64,000 bases of DNA from the NCBI RefSeq assembly GCF_001194135.2, contig NC_069005.1, forward strand, positions 33,145,553 to 33,209,552, given 5' to 3'. The position numbers were made by a program, and so were the translations under genes. Below are positions 25,538-38,836 of the stretch, piece by piece. Below the pieces are notes generated by a model that was not told the DNA's origin, did not search any database, and saw only the letters and a list, made by a program, of their open reading frames with translations. Origin of the DNA: Octopus bimaculoides. Its lineage: Eukaryota. Within the stretch, counting starts at the first letter, position 1, and every line of letters starts with the position of its first letter.

Positions 25538-25909
25538 AGGCATTTCATTTGCCTTTTACATTCTAAGTTCAAATTCTGCCAAAGTCATCTTTGACTTTCA
25601 TCCTTTCAGGGTTGATAAAATAAATACCAATTGAGCACTGGGGTCAATTTAATCCATGTAGCCCCTTCCCTAATATTGCTGGCCTTGTGACAAAATTCGA
25701 AGTCAGTGAGCTGGCAGAACTGTTTGCATGCCGAGCAAAATACTTAGCAGTATTTTGTCTGTCTTTATGTTCTGAGTTCAAATTCCACTGGGGTCAACTT
25801 TCTCTTTCATTCTTTCAAGGTTGATAAAATAAGCACCAGTTGAATACTCAGTCAATGTAGTTGACTAACCCCCTCCCCCCAAATTTCAGGTCTTATACCT
25901 ATGGCAGAA

Positions 25910-25910
<1 letters not shown>
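25538..25910 (+). mobile_element. Two head-to-tail SINE family A copies
   Basis: 5'-truncated copy 25538-25705 directly followed by a copy with head gtgagctggcagaa (25706-25910), then (ATT)n. Confidence 0.85.
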
Positions 25911-25946
<36 letters not shown>

Positions 25947-27156
25947 GTGTGTGTGTGTGTGTGTGTAAGCGAGGATTTGGTTGCAAAATTGATCAAATTA
26001 AGGTGTTTTGTAGAATCTCCCTCACTGGCTCACGTGATCCTCATTGAAACCAAAAAAAAACCCGAGTTTTTTTTGTTTTTTTTTTTGTTTTGTGTTGGTT
26101 GCTAAATGAATGAGATTGAATTGCTTGATGTTATTTTAAAGACAGATGGAAGTAAGTGTGTCTCTATTTGAAAGACATTCAGGAGTTTGTTGATAGAGAT
26201 TTTGATGCTACATTGAGCAGGTCAAGCTACTATGGTAGAAGCTTCCTCACAAGCTCTATAACACAGCTAATCTGTTTTTGTTTCGAAAAGAGAACAGTTT
26301 GTATTGCATTAAGAAGGTTTATTTTATGATAAGCAAGCAGCACTATGTCATCTTGTTAATGCATCAAAACTCTCTCTCTCCCTCCTCCTTCTCTTCTGCT
26401 ATTGTCTTCATGGAGATGATCATTGTTTTAAGACTGCTTCTCTAGATGGCGTTCGTTGTCTTTTGGCATGAGTGTGTGCATGAGTGTGTGCATGAGTGTG
26501 TGCATGCATGTGTGTGTGTGTTTGTGTGTGTACAAGAGACTCTGTGTGTGTGTGAGGAAGTGATTAGATTACGTAATGGTTTGGCTATTGATCACAGCTA
26601 TCAATAGCCATGATATCTCTCCATCCATCTATCTATCTGACTGATGTAAAAGTTGGTTACACACTGGTTGTGTCTGTCTCTGCTAGAAGATGTCACAAAT
26701 TATTGGGAATTATTGCTCTGTCTATATGTGTGTGTGTGTGTGTTGGTGAGGAAGAGATTTCCTATTTGAGTGGATGGTGGTGGTGGTAGTGGTGGTGGTG
26801 TAGCATGCTGTTTGAATTGCATTTTTTTTCTTGTCTTCTCCATTTTATTATATTCTATTTTAGTTTTGCAACAGTCTTTAGCTTATATCTGAGACATGGT
26901 AGATATTAAAGGAAAATATCAAATCTCCCTCCTCCTTCCTTAAATGTCTCTTTCCATCCATCACTCCTCTCTCTTACTTTCTTAATTTTTTTCACTCAGT
27001 CTCTCTCTCTCTCATGCCACTACATCTCCATCCTCTGCATTTCTTCTTCTTCTTCTTCCTCTTCTCCTCTTACTCTCCTCTTATTTGTCTCTACCACTCT
27101 ATCCATGCCTATCTTCCTCTTCCTCTATTTGGATCTTTCTCTTTCCTTTTATCTAT

Positions 27157-27218
<62 letters not shown>

Positions 27219-27356
27219 ACTTGTGCACACACACACTTTCTCTCTATCTCTGACATATTACAATAATGCAGTGTATGTTTGCAGAAAATGTATATACATA
27301 CACACTTAGATGCACACACATGCACATAAATATGCATCTACATATACATACATACA

Positions 27357-27388
<32 letters not shown>

Positions 27389-27391
27389 AGA

Positions 27392-27426
<35 letters not shown>

Positions 27427-27594
27427 AAATCTATATCTATGTGTCTATAAAAGCTGATTATTGACAGACCCATGAAATCTATTGACTCTCTTATTGTTGT
27501 TGTTATGATTGCATTATTAACGAGTAATGCAACCCTTTAATAGAAACACACATTAATTACATTGTTATCATTCATACATACACATGAAACACAC

Positions 27595-27624
27595 AAGAGC
27601 AGTCAGGCTACAGCAACAATAGGA

Positions 27625-27663
<39 letters not shown>

Positions 27664-27881
27664 AGCTGGTTGGTTGGCGTTAGTGTTATGCAGTTAGCCA
27701 TACCACCATCACCACCACCACCACCACCACCACCACCATCTCCACTGCTGCTGCTACTGTTACCAGCTACCATTATCACCATCACCATATATTCACCACC
27801 ATCTTATCATATATAATGTCACTCTACCACCACCTCTGCAACTACTCCCTACCTACCACCAGCCTCTGTAATAATACTAAC

Positions 27882-27952
<71 letters not shown>

Positions 27953-28060
27953 GTGAGTACTAAAATACCACCTCCACCACCACCAGTAATAGCAATTCTA
28001 CACTGTGCTTCCCACCACCGCCACCACCACCACCACCAGTGTTAATGTTGTTATTGTTGT
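27595..28060. repeat. Microsatellite cluster (GGCT)n, (CCA)n, (CTA)n
   Basis: Directly visible. Confidence 0.9.
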
Positions 28061-28677
28061 CTCTGCTGCTCTGACTTCATGTTCTGTCATGTTTAACACA
28101 TGTGTGACCAAACGCTTGTGTGTGTGTGTGTGTGTGTGTTCAGTGTGTTCATAGGCCAACTGCTCCACCCCTCTATCTGACCCCTGCTTGTCAGATGACC
28201 CTTACATTTGTTGATTGTCATTCTTTTACCATCCATACCACCTTCTTACCTGCCTTCTTCCATTTAATGCTGCTGCTGCTGGTGTTGGTTGTAGTAGTGG
28301 TAGTAGTAATAGTAGCAGCAGTGGTGGTGAGTAGTATTGGTGCTGATAGTAGTAGCACTGGTGAGAGTGATGGTAGTGCTGGTGGTGGTGGTGGTGGTGT
28401 GGTCAATGGGATGAGTGAATTACAAAGAATAGAGAAAGACCACCACTACTTCTCCCATAAGTCACATTTACATCACTCACTCCTCTACTGGCATCAACAC
28501 CACCACTGCATCAACTCTTCTTCTTCTTCTGCACTCACACCACCACTACCATCACTATTTTCCTTCCCAGTGTTCTGTTACGTAAAGTTGCTCTATCTAA
28601 TTGACACAGTTTGTAATCAAGTGGAAAGAAAAGTGACAGAATTAAATAATAATTATACACACACACACCCATATAAG

Positions 28678-29225
28678 GCAACAGTGATTTCTGCATATGC
28701 ACCACAGTCAGGTCTAACGTTCAAGCAAGAGCAGGACCTTGTGTCTATGAGATACTCATGCAGACTACTTCCATAACCTATAACAGCTGCTTTGTGGTCA
28801 CAGTTAAATACTTAAGTTGGCATTCTGGTCGACACCAGGATGGTTACTTATGTGTACACATGGGTGTTATGACACACTGTGGTACAAGGAATGGCGAGAT
28901 CAAGATCCCTGGGATTTGGTGACCTATATGGCCTAACCCTTTGCAATTAAGATTTTTGAAAGCCAATCAGCCACTGGGTTATCTGCACTCAGGTGGCCAG
29001 ACAGACTTGATACTCACCAGGGAATGGGGTGAACAAATAATTATTAATACTAAATGTTTCCTCAATGAAGAATGTACTGCACCACATAGACGAGTGATCA
29101 GTGATTTCAGGATAAGAGCTGGAAGGATGACCCAGGGACAGAAGTAAAAAAAAAAAGAGACAAAAATGGAGAAGGAAGTTATGGAAGCTGAAAGATTCCT
29201 CTGTGGTCTGTTAGTTCTTCTATGA
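28678..29225 (+). mobile_element. RTE-clade LINE apurinic-like endonuclease fragment, decayed
   Basis: ATVISAYAPQSGL (RTE APE motif), GFGDLYGLTLCN, QTDLILTRE...KCFLNEECTAPHRRVISDFRIR, RRKLWKLKD; multiple stops/frameshifts. Confidence 0.85.
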
Positions 29226-29247
29226 TGAGAAGAAAGATATAGAGTAC

Positions 29248-29650
29248 CATCATCATCATCATCGTTTAACGTCCGCTTTCCATGCTAGCATGGGTTGGAC
29301 GATTTGACTGAGGACTGGTGAAACCGGATGGCAACACCAGGCTCCAGTCTGATTTGGCAGAGTTTCTACAGCTGGATGCCCTTCCTAACGCCAACCACTC
29401 AGAGAGTGTAGTGGGTGCTTTTACGTGTCACCCGCACGAAAACGGCCACGCTCGAAATGGTGTCTTTTATGTGCCACCCGCACAAGCCAGTCCAGGGGCA
29501 CTGGCAACGATCTCGCTCGAAAATCCTACAGGAGCCAGTCAGGCGGTACTGGCAACGGCCACGCTCAAAATGGTGCATCTCATGTGCCACCCGCACAAGA
29601 ACCAGTCCAGGGGCACTGGCAACGATCTTACTTGGCTTGCCGGGTCTTCC
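29248..29650 (-). mobile_element. RTE-tailed short repeat family C, young CpG-rich copy
   Basis: (CAT)n-gtttaacgtccgctttccatgctagcatgggttggacg is the reverse complement of a 3' tail seen repeatedly (1-52, ~2350-2385, 10027-10175, 18458-18680, ~45320-45345); internal ~112-bp duplication. Confidence 0.85.
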
Positions 29651-29704
29651 ATGATATAAAGGATAACTCTTTTGTTGACTTAAAAGAAAGGAGGTTTTTT
29701 TTAG

Positions 29705-29935
29705 AATAGCTCTTGTTTAGTCTTAGATCAGCTTGGGTCTAACAGATATTATTAAACTGTGACCAGCTTGTCCTTTCTTCTCTATCCCACCCCGACATAG
29801 TGTATCTAGGACTACATGATTCAATATCCTTCCCTTTTCTTTTTTTTTTTTAAAGGCAATAGGATGTGATTTGAGGAAAATTTGACAGCTGTTCTTAGCA
29901 AGTCTAGTGGATACGCAGGCTTCCTGTTTGGCTCA
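29705..29935 (-). mobile_element. Family D repeat copy
   Basis: gtgtatctaggactacat...gatgtgatttgagg...gctgttcttagcaagtc. Confidence 0.7.
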
Positions 29936-30307
29936 TAAGAGAGAAATGAGAATTGTTTGCAGTAATTAGTGACTGCTAATTACAGAAGGAACCTTAAATC
30001 AAAACAACAATGAAATATTTCAACACACATTATTTGAGATGCTACCCCCTCCTCCATATTACTTTATAAATGTTGTCTTCTCTTTTCATTCAGGGACTTT
30101 TAGTGTCACTTGAAACTGTATACAACTATCTATCATTTCAGTTTAATCTCATTATAAGACCTTTATTTTTGTTTAATTCCTCAATCTGTTTGTCCTTATT
30201 TCACCTCTGACCTGACCCCATTTCTTAATACATTTGGCCTACTTTTATTCTTATTATCTTCTCCCTGCCAATCATCATGTTATGACATTTAGCTTTCACT
30301 CTTCCAG

Positions 30308-30388
<81 letters not shown>

Positions 30389-30745
30389 GTCACTCCAGTC
30401 AGTCTGTCTTAGTTTCTCTTACAGACAGCAGCTAAGTGACTGAAACCTTTCATTTCACACCACCTGTTGCCCTCACATCCAAATCTCTTCTTTGCTTTAT
30501 CTTCACACCACCTGTCTCCAGCCCACCCTGATATTCAGACACCTTCCTCTCTTCATTTCACTCCTGTTACACATCCACAGCAAATATATAATCATGCTCT
30601 TTATTATTCCCTATACATTGTCTGTTTTTATTTGGTTCAGAATTTATCTTTTTTTCTGTTTCGTCCTATCTCAATCAGTTTCTCTCAATTTGAAATTCAT
30701 AAAATCTCTTTCTTTTTTTTTATCAACCTGAGGTATTAGGATGAG

Positions 30746-30788
<43 letters not shown>

Positions 30789-31242
30789 GTTAGGGAATGT
30801 CAAAATCCGAACTTAGAAGGATATTCAATTTAATAATATCAAATTGAATTATATAATGGAAAATATATTAATAATTTTTTAGAGAAGAACCACCAAGATG
30901 CAACTCAAACAATGAAGGAGATGAGACAGCGTCAAGAGAAGCGTACTCTTCAAAATACTAATACACCAATCTCACGGAATCTGCAAAGACCATGGGCATA
31001 GCAACTGCCCCTTTANNNNNNNNNNNNNNNNNNNNNNNNNNNNNNNNNNNNNNNNNNNNNNNNNNNNNNNNNNNNNNNNNNNNNNNNNNNNNNNNNNNNN
31101 NNNNNNNNNNNNNNNNNNNNNNNNNNNNNNNNNNNNNNNNNNNNNNNNNNNNNNNNNNNNNNNNNNNNNNNNNNNNNNNNNNNNNNNNNNNNNNNNNNNN
31201 NNNNNNNNNNNNNNNNNNNNNNNNNNNNNNNNNNNNNNNNNN

Positions 31243-31291
<49 letters not shown>

Positions 31292-33289
31292 ATGACAAAA
31301 GAGCATGTGCTTCTAACTCAACTCTCTTGAAACAGGTGAGCCCCAACCCTGTTGAAATTGTGGTTCTTCAGTTGTCAAACATGGTTGTTGATGTCTCTAG
31401 AGTTATAACCCAATGGTTATTTTAGGGGCAAAGTATATATTTAGGTAAATTGTTTGTATGATGATGGCTTCCCACTCTTCTAGTGAATGGAATTCTTAAG
31501 TAAGCAGAGAAGCTAGTTTAAAGTTCAGAGCTTGTTGATGTAACAGGGTAAGAGAGCAAATAACGATGGTGATGTAGTTGTTGATGGTGATGGAGGTGAT
31601 GAAAGAAGCGCATTTCCCAGAAAGAAATACAAAAGAGAGAAAGGGATTTTGTGTGTTGTTGAAATATAATTAGGGAGCTTCTTTAATCAGTACACCTGGA
31701 GATTACTTGCGGAGAGAAGATGAAAAGAGAAGATAAACCAGTTGACTATAATTACATAGAATTAACAAAATTCACATCCTCCCATCTCGACTTAATCTGT
31801 CTCCCACGTCGTCTCTTTCTCTTCTGGCTGCTGTCTGCTTTAATTGCTTCCAATGAAAATGCTTTGTGATTAACAAAATATCATCATGGTGATTTGAATA
31901 GCATCAAGAGCAAAAACAAAAGACAAGAAAAAACAAAACCAATGGGGGAAGGGTTTTTTCATGGTGTTTCTGATATTATTTCACTCAGAGTTGCTGAAGG
32001 CAATCTGTTAAAGAAAGTAGCGTCTCTAAAAGAAAACTGATGCATTATCAAATCGAGAGAGCATCCATGAGAGTCAAGGAGAACAATCTCTGTCAGAGCT
32101 GATGTTACAGAAAATATATTGATATGGTTTATTGCAGTATTTCAAACCCAGAAGGTCATTCTGCTTTAGAGTATTGGAAAACCATTTTACTGAACAGAAC
32201 TCTGATATTTACAAATACAGTGTCGTATAGACTTACTTAGCTGTTGCTATGACATTGTAATAATTAGGATAATTGCTTTTACCTTCACTAATCATCTATT
32301 ACTGTTGTCTAATAGCTTGAATCATTTGACATGTCAGATAAGCAGTTTGCCTTCTCTAAGCAAGAATATTGTTATTATTGAGTTCATGTGTCAGGTTATG
32401 TCATAGATAAGATAACTGTATGTGCAGCACTTTGTATCTGCTACACTTCTGTTTGCTCTATGACACAGTAAATTTTGCATAGATCTGTGTAGATTTGTAG
32501 TCAGTTGAACTGTGATATAATTGAAGTGCGTTCTTGTTAAGAATATTGTCTGTTCTCTCACTATTAACTTTCTCCTGTAAAGATGAAAAACATTATCAAA
32601 TGTAAATCTGAAGTTCAAATTCCATTGAGGATGACTTCACCTTTCATCTTTTGGGGTCAATAAAAAAAGTATCAGTTCAGCATTGGGTTTATATTATTGG
32701 CTTTCCTCCCAAAATTAGAAAGGAAAAGGTATATGAATTGAAATAAAACTAGCACAATGCAGGGAGGGGTCTTTAGTTTAGCAAATAACTTCTTTGGTGA
32801 TGTTAGCATGATAAAATACAAGCTGGTTGGTGATGGAGATTGAAAAGAAAGAAGAAAGGAAACTGAAGAGATGGGGTCTCAGTAATGCACAGTTCAAGCA
32901 ACTCATCTAGGGAAACAGTAACTCTGAATAAAAATTGATATGAGTAGAGGGGTCTCTTTAGACCTGGCTCATGGACTCTCAAGGGAACGAGGCAGTAGAT
33001 TGCTCTGAGTTCAGATTGTAAAGTGGTTGGCAATTGGAAGGACATCCAACCATAAAAATATGTCCAGATATGTATATAACAGTACACAACAGTAAACATT
33101 GGTGGTTTTTCCTGTTGTTGTGTGTGTGTGTCAGTGACAAGACCTCTGTACTGGAACAAACCTATCACCCATAGGAGTATAGAGAAACAATGATGATTAA
33201 TTATTACATTTACACTCTAAATTTCATGTGGTTTGACCTGTGATGGCCATCAGATGCCTCATTCCTGAATGGATCTTTCTTTCTTTTAG

Positions 33290-33460
33290 GTGCCATCTCC
33301 AGAATGCTGGACATAAACGATCATGTCCTGTCACAATTCTCTGTAACAGTTCCACTTCCCGATGTTTGATGCCTCTTTCTTCCAACCAGTTCATCAATCT
33401 TAGCATCCATACCATCCTTCTCTTTCCTCCGCTTCTCTTCCTTTCAATCTCTCTGGTTGT
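33290..33460 (-). mobile_element. RTE/RTE-X LINE C-terminal remnant
   Basis: EIERKRSGGKRRMVWM..LMNWLEERGIKHREVELL resembles the RTE end G+IEGKR.RGR.R..W...L..W. Confidence 0.55.
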
Positions 33461-34499
33461 AGCTAAATTCTTCAGGCCCTTATTTTCTGAATAGATACAT
33501 AATTCATTTCTTAAATAGATACAATATTAACCTGACTTAAAGAATTCCTAGTTTGGCAGTTCCAGTGTGGTACCATGGAAATCTAAAAATAATGCTGATT
33601 GGATATCAATTCACTTGAAACCTGTTTAAAAAAAATAGTTATCATCTTTAATGTTGGAGGTTAATAGACTGAGGAAATATCATGATTCATGACTTTCAAT
33701 TATGTTTTTATTGCTAAGCACCGCTGGTAGTATTCAGAAGGTACTCACTTGACATAAATACAGGGGATGCCTGGCTAAAGATATATCAGGTGTCAATGCT
33801 AACAACATTGAAAGTGGTAATTATGGATAAGCAATGAGAGGGAAAATATGATAGTAGTCAATGAAAATAACTTCAAACATATTTTGGTCTTATTCTGACC
33901 TCTTTAGGGAAGCTTGTACTTGTCAAAACAATGATGAAAGAATTAATATTATGCAAGATTATTTTTTCATTTAAACCAAAACATGCTTTGTCTTATATCC
34001 TTACTAAAAATATGAAAATATTAGTTGACTAAATTTTTTAATCTCTTCCCTCATAATTATTTTAATGCTTACTGTATTAAATCAGTTAACACTAACTTAA
34101 TTATTATTTTCCAACTGAATAAACAATTCAGTTTTCTTTTCTATATTATTGATTGTACAGTCTTTGTGTTGGAATGGGTTTGCTAGGTCTGCTTTACATA
34201 ATATTACCAATTGTCTGTAGGCAAAGGAAAAAGAAATACTTAAACTAATAAAATACTTCAAAATCATTAATTAAAATATCTACATGTAATAAATGACATT
34301 GGTTTTATTTGTAATTAACATTACGTTAACTTCAAACTAGTTTTTGTCTGTCTTTGATGTTGTTGTCACTAATTAAACAACAACTACAATAACAACAGCA
34401 TAAGCGTATAAAATGTCTCTGTTGCCGAACTTGATGTATTTTATGTTCCATATTTAAACTTGGATTGCTAAAACATCTGTTATTTGCATTCTTTGGTGG

Positions 34500-34745
34500 T
34501 GTTCTTGTTTTTATACACTACTACCACCGTCACTGATATTACAACTACTTCTACAGCTACCGTACATACCACTACTACCATTATTACTACTCCAACTATG
34601 ACTGCTATGCCTACAACCTCCATGGGCGATGGTGGTACAACTAGTAATATTACAGGCATTTCCACTACTAACACCCTCATTAAAACCACTGTCTACCATG
34701 GTCATCACCACTACTATAAACCACTTCTATAAGTACCACCACCAT
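34500..34745. repeat. Low-complexity (ACT/ACC)n tract
   Basis: Directly visible; source of the Thr-rich ORF. Confidence 0.85.
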
Positions 34746-34751
34746 CATTAG

Positions 34752-34915
34752 AAGGTGTATGTGTGGCTGTGTGGTTAAGAACTTCACTGTGCAACTACAT
34801 GGCTTTGGTTCAATCTCACTGTACACCTCTTGGGTATGTGTCTTTTACCATAGCTTCAAAGTCTTTTGAATGAGATTTGAAAGATGGAAACTGTGTGGAA
34901 TCTCATTAAGAAGAC
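34752..34915 (+). mobile_element. SINE family B 5' half
   Basis: gtggctgtgtggttaagaac...ggttcaatctcactg...ttgggtatgtgtctt...gatggaaactgtgtggaa. Confidence 0.7.
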
Positions 34916-34939
34916 CTTTCCTGTTTCTGGGTGGCAGAC

Positions 34940-35240
34940 TTAGCATAACGGTATCTGATCATAACACAATGATGTCATATATTAGCACCCTGGTATCTGA
35001 TCATAGCACAGTGATGTTGTATCTTAGCATACTGTATCATAGCACACTAGTGTTTTCTTATAGAGCAGTGGGGTCGTGTCTTAGCATAGTGGTGTCTTGT
35101 CATAGCACACTGGTGTCTGATCATAGCACACTAGTGTCTTATCTTGACATACAGGTGACCTATCTTAACACAGTGGTATTCTATCATATAGCACAATGGT
35201 GTTGTATCTTAACACAATGGTGTTATCTTAGCACACTATT
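34940..35240. repeat. Diverged minisatellite, ~21-bp unit (cttagcacactggtgtcttat-like), ~14 copies
   Basis: Repeated tagcaca..ggtgt...atc; explains ORF 34870-35256. Confidence 0.8.
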
Positions 35241-35767
35241 ACTTGAGATTTACTAATGTTACATCTCAGACAATTTATCTTCCATCCACTTACCATAGCA
35301 AACAAGGCAGCTAAGCAATGGCCAAAGAAACATTTCTTGAGATTAGGCAACATTGACACACATTTGCCCATCTCTTAACTAGATTTCAATGGTTCTGTTG
35401 GACACCAATAATGACACATCTAAGGGCAAAAACTTGCCTAGTAAAAAAGAAGACAAAAAGAAAAGGATGCCAAAATTAAAATTTTTTTCAAAAAAATCGA
35501 CACAAATTTCTTTTGTATCCTATTTAAAAGTTTATTGCATTATTTTTCTTAAAATAGTCATTTATTTAGGACAACATATGGTTGACTCACTAATGTTCCA
35601 AAAGTAAAACTGACCCCCCCTCTTTTCACACCATTACCATACTGTCGGCACTACCCCTCCCAAATTTACAAAAATATCCTACCAGTGGGGTTTATTCTGC
35701 AAAGGAAATATTTGAAATTTGATACTGAGTGCGATGAACACTTTGGTAACACTCTGATTTGTTACCA

Positions 35768-35835
<68 letters not shown>

Positions 35836-36736
35836 TTGAATAAAATGCTCATATCTGCTGGGTAGCTGGCCCCTATGGCCGTACATAATTTTTCTTTTCT
35901 GTCCCTCACAATCATATCAGGTTATTTATTTATTTATTTGCATTTGGCAGAAGTTTTAATGGGAATATTCCTTATGCTCACACACACACACACCAATATT
36001 CTTTGTATTCAAACACACACACACACACACACACATGCATGTACATGCACATATTTGGCATGTATGTTTGTGAGGCATGTATAGATTGAAATTTGTGCAA
36101 CACTCTACATTTAGTTACATGTACCTGTAGATGCACAAAAACCCACCCACATACACAAACACACACACACACACGTATGAATTAATATTAGAATTAAACT
36201 GGTGCTGTATGAAACACCTATATCAGTTGATTCATTAGGTGATGAGTGAATTAGAAAGCTGACTTGTCTGTTTAATGATTTGTTCACAACTGTGAATGTT
36301 CAGTGTTGCAATCCGTGCAACAATCAAACAAACACAGCAACATAGAAACAAGAAACTAAGAAAAAAAAAAAAAAAAAAAAAAAAAACATTTGTATGAAGA
36401 AGATGTTGAGGTGATTATTTTAGTGTTGTCTGTACTTTTGTATTGGTAGACCATCATTATCACCATCATTTTTATCATCATCGTTATCATTACCATTGTC
36501 ATCTTCCTCCTACATTATCATTTGTCTTCATTTTTATGCTTAAGGAACAATTGTTACATTCATTTGAATGTGCATTGTATTGCTGCTTCACTTGCTGCTG
36601 CTCTCTCTCTCTCTCTCTAAGGTACACATTCTCACAAACAGATATTTACATTGACACATACATTCAGACGTAACGCCCACTCACACATATTTACAAGTGA
36701 GGGTGGAGAGGTACACCTCACCACCATCTATGCACC

Positions 36737-36781
<45 letters not shown>

Positions 36782-36830
36782 NNNNNNNNNNACATACACA
36801 TACAGATGTCAGCGTTACTGCAGACACCCA

Positions 36831-36861
<31 letters not shown>

Positions 36862-38119
36862 CCTCTCTGCCCCCACTCAGACACAATTGTGCTGAAGATA
36901 GAATTAATGAAATGGACAGAATCTAAAATTACTCTCTGAATAAAATCAGAAACCGTGTGTCTGTTAGGAAAAGATGTTCAAATATTGAATTGTTTTACAG
37001 TGCTGCTGCTGCTGAATACCATTTCATTAACATAGAGTAGACTGTAGATTGTTTTCTTTTGTGTAAAAACACAGGCAGGGCTGCTTCACAATCACATGGG
37101 TTTTGGTTACAATCTAATGTACACCACCTTGGGCAAGAATTTTTACCATCGCCTCAGATCAACCAAAGACTGAAGAATGAAATTTGATAGATAGAAACTG
37201 TGTAGAAACCTGGTGGAGGGACTGACCATTCCTGTTCTTGAGAGACAGGCTTAATCTGTCATCAAAGAAAAGGATTAAACACCAACACCTAGTCCTTGAG
37301 TGTCTTCAGTGGGGTACTGTCTGTTGCAAGTACTTGTGCTGGGTCTAAGGATAATCACCTCTTCAACGGTTTTGAAAATGATCATAGGTGCTGTTTTTCT
37401 ATCTCTAAGTCATAAAACGAAACAGAGATTAGTGGATAAAACACTGAGCTAGCAACCTAGAGATGTGTTCAAATGATGTATGGGTATATCATTGTGTTCA
37501 TGTTCATGGGTTATACAGTTAATTCTGGTTACCTCATATGAGTTAGTTCTTTGAAATACCCGATTGTTTGGAAATAGAAACTGATTCACAATTTTTTTGC
37601 TTCAAAGTTTTAAAGGTTTCTAAACATCTGTGTGTGTGTGTGTGTGTCTGGAAGTTTAATAGAGACTGGTAGCTTCTTCCAGGGATCGTATGCCAATTGA
37701 AAGAACTCTTTCAAAGGCAGAATAGCTTCAATTCACATTTTGAGCACGTGTTTCATTGTTTCTGATCAGGACACTTAATTGTACGCACCTATTACAAACA
37801 AACTTACTTCTTTTATGTGCTCTCTCTCCCTCATCAAGGACCCCAGGTACTATATAGCATGGTGATGATTCTGAGCCAGAATATCTATCAAATCTCAGCA
37901 GCACCACTGCAACCACTACCACCACCAAACCATATTACTATGTATGTCAAACCAATTTTTTTGTATGATAACAATTTTTATGATCTAAAGGCTAACTCCA
38001 TGAGTAAATTAAAAACATTCCAGGCCAAATCTGAACCTGCAATCCTGAAATTTCGGATTCCTATGTTTTCATTACTGCAATTATTTTCAGTTATTTTCAT
38101 TACATGATTTTTTTTTAAC

Positions 38120-38277
38120 AAATATGATCATGATTGGGATATGACTCTGGAGGAAGCGATTGCAACAAATTCTCCAAAACAAGTCAGATCTGTTTGCAGA
38201 TCTTCCCATTCAGGGTCAGTCGCTTAAAAGTTATATACCAGCCTAAAAGCCACCCAATAGGGTGGCTTTTGAGCTAG
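38120..38277 (+). mobile_element. Helitron deletion derivative (RepHel fragment + 3' terminus)
   Basis: KYDHDWDMTLEEAIATNSPKQVR (38120-38188) resembles the RepHel segment HWD.TLEEA....SP.Q+R; perfect hairpin AAAAGCCACCC-aata-GGGTGGCTTTT (38245-38270) then CTAG|T (38274-38278), a canonical Helitron 3' end. Confidence 0.7.
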
Positions 38278-38442
38278 TATATGCTATAAATACGATTGTG
38301 TGTCTTTGATGGCATTTGAACTAGACACACACATTTTTCCATACCATACCAGGCACTTCAAAATACTGTAATAGCAGGTATATTTATTGTATCATCAGAA
38401 CTAAAGTCTTGTTCCCAGCTTTGGAGATTTTTCAACACACCT

Positions 38443-38508
<66 letters not shown>

Positions 38509-38786
38509 TATATTCAATTTCAGTAAGATATTTTGATAGAACCATACTGCTTGTTATTTTGGAAGATTCTTGATGTCAGTTAAATTACTGGTATTAGGGT
38601 ATACAGTACCATATTTCTCCTGAATGTTAATTGGAAGGTGAGATGATGAAGAAAAATCAAAATCTAGGTTCTATGTTAAGTAAATCATTTACCAAGAGAG
38701 ATTTGTGAGACTAGCTGAGGTGTGCAAGTGCGGCCTGCATGCGTGTGTATGTACATACATACATGCACATATATACATATAATGTG

Positions 38787-38836
<50 letters not shown>

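Noticed and set aside
26029-26040. TCACGTGA E-box/CLEAR-like site
   Set aside because: An isolated 8-mer is expected by chance; no promoter context demonstrable.
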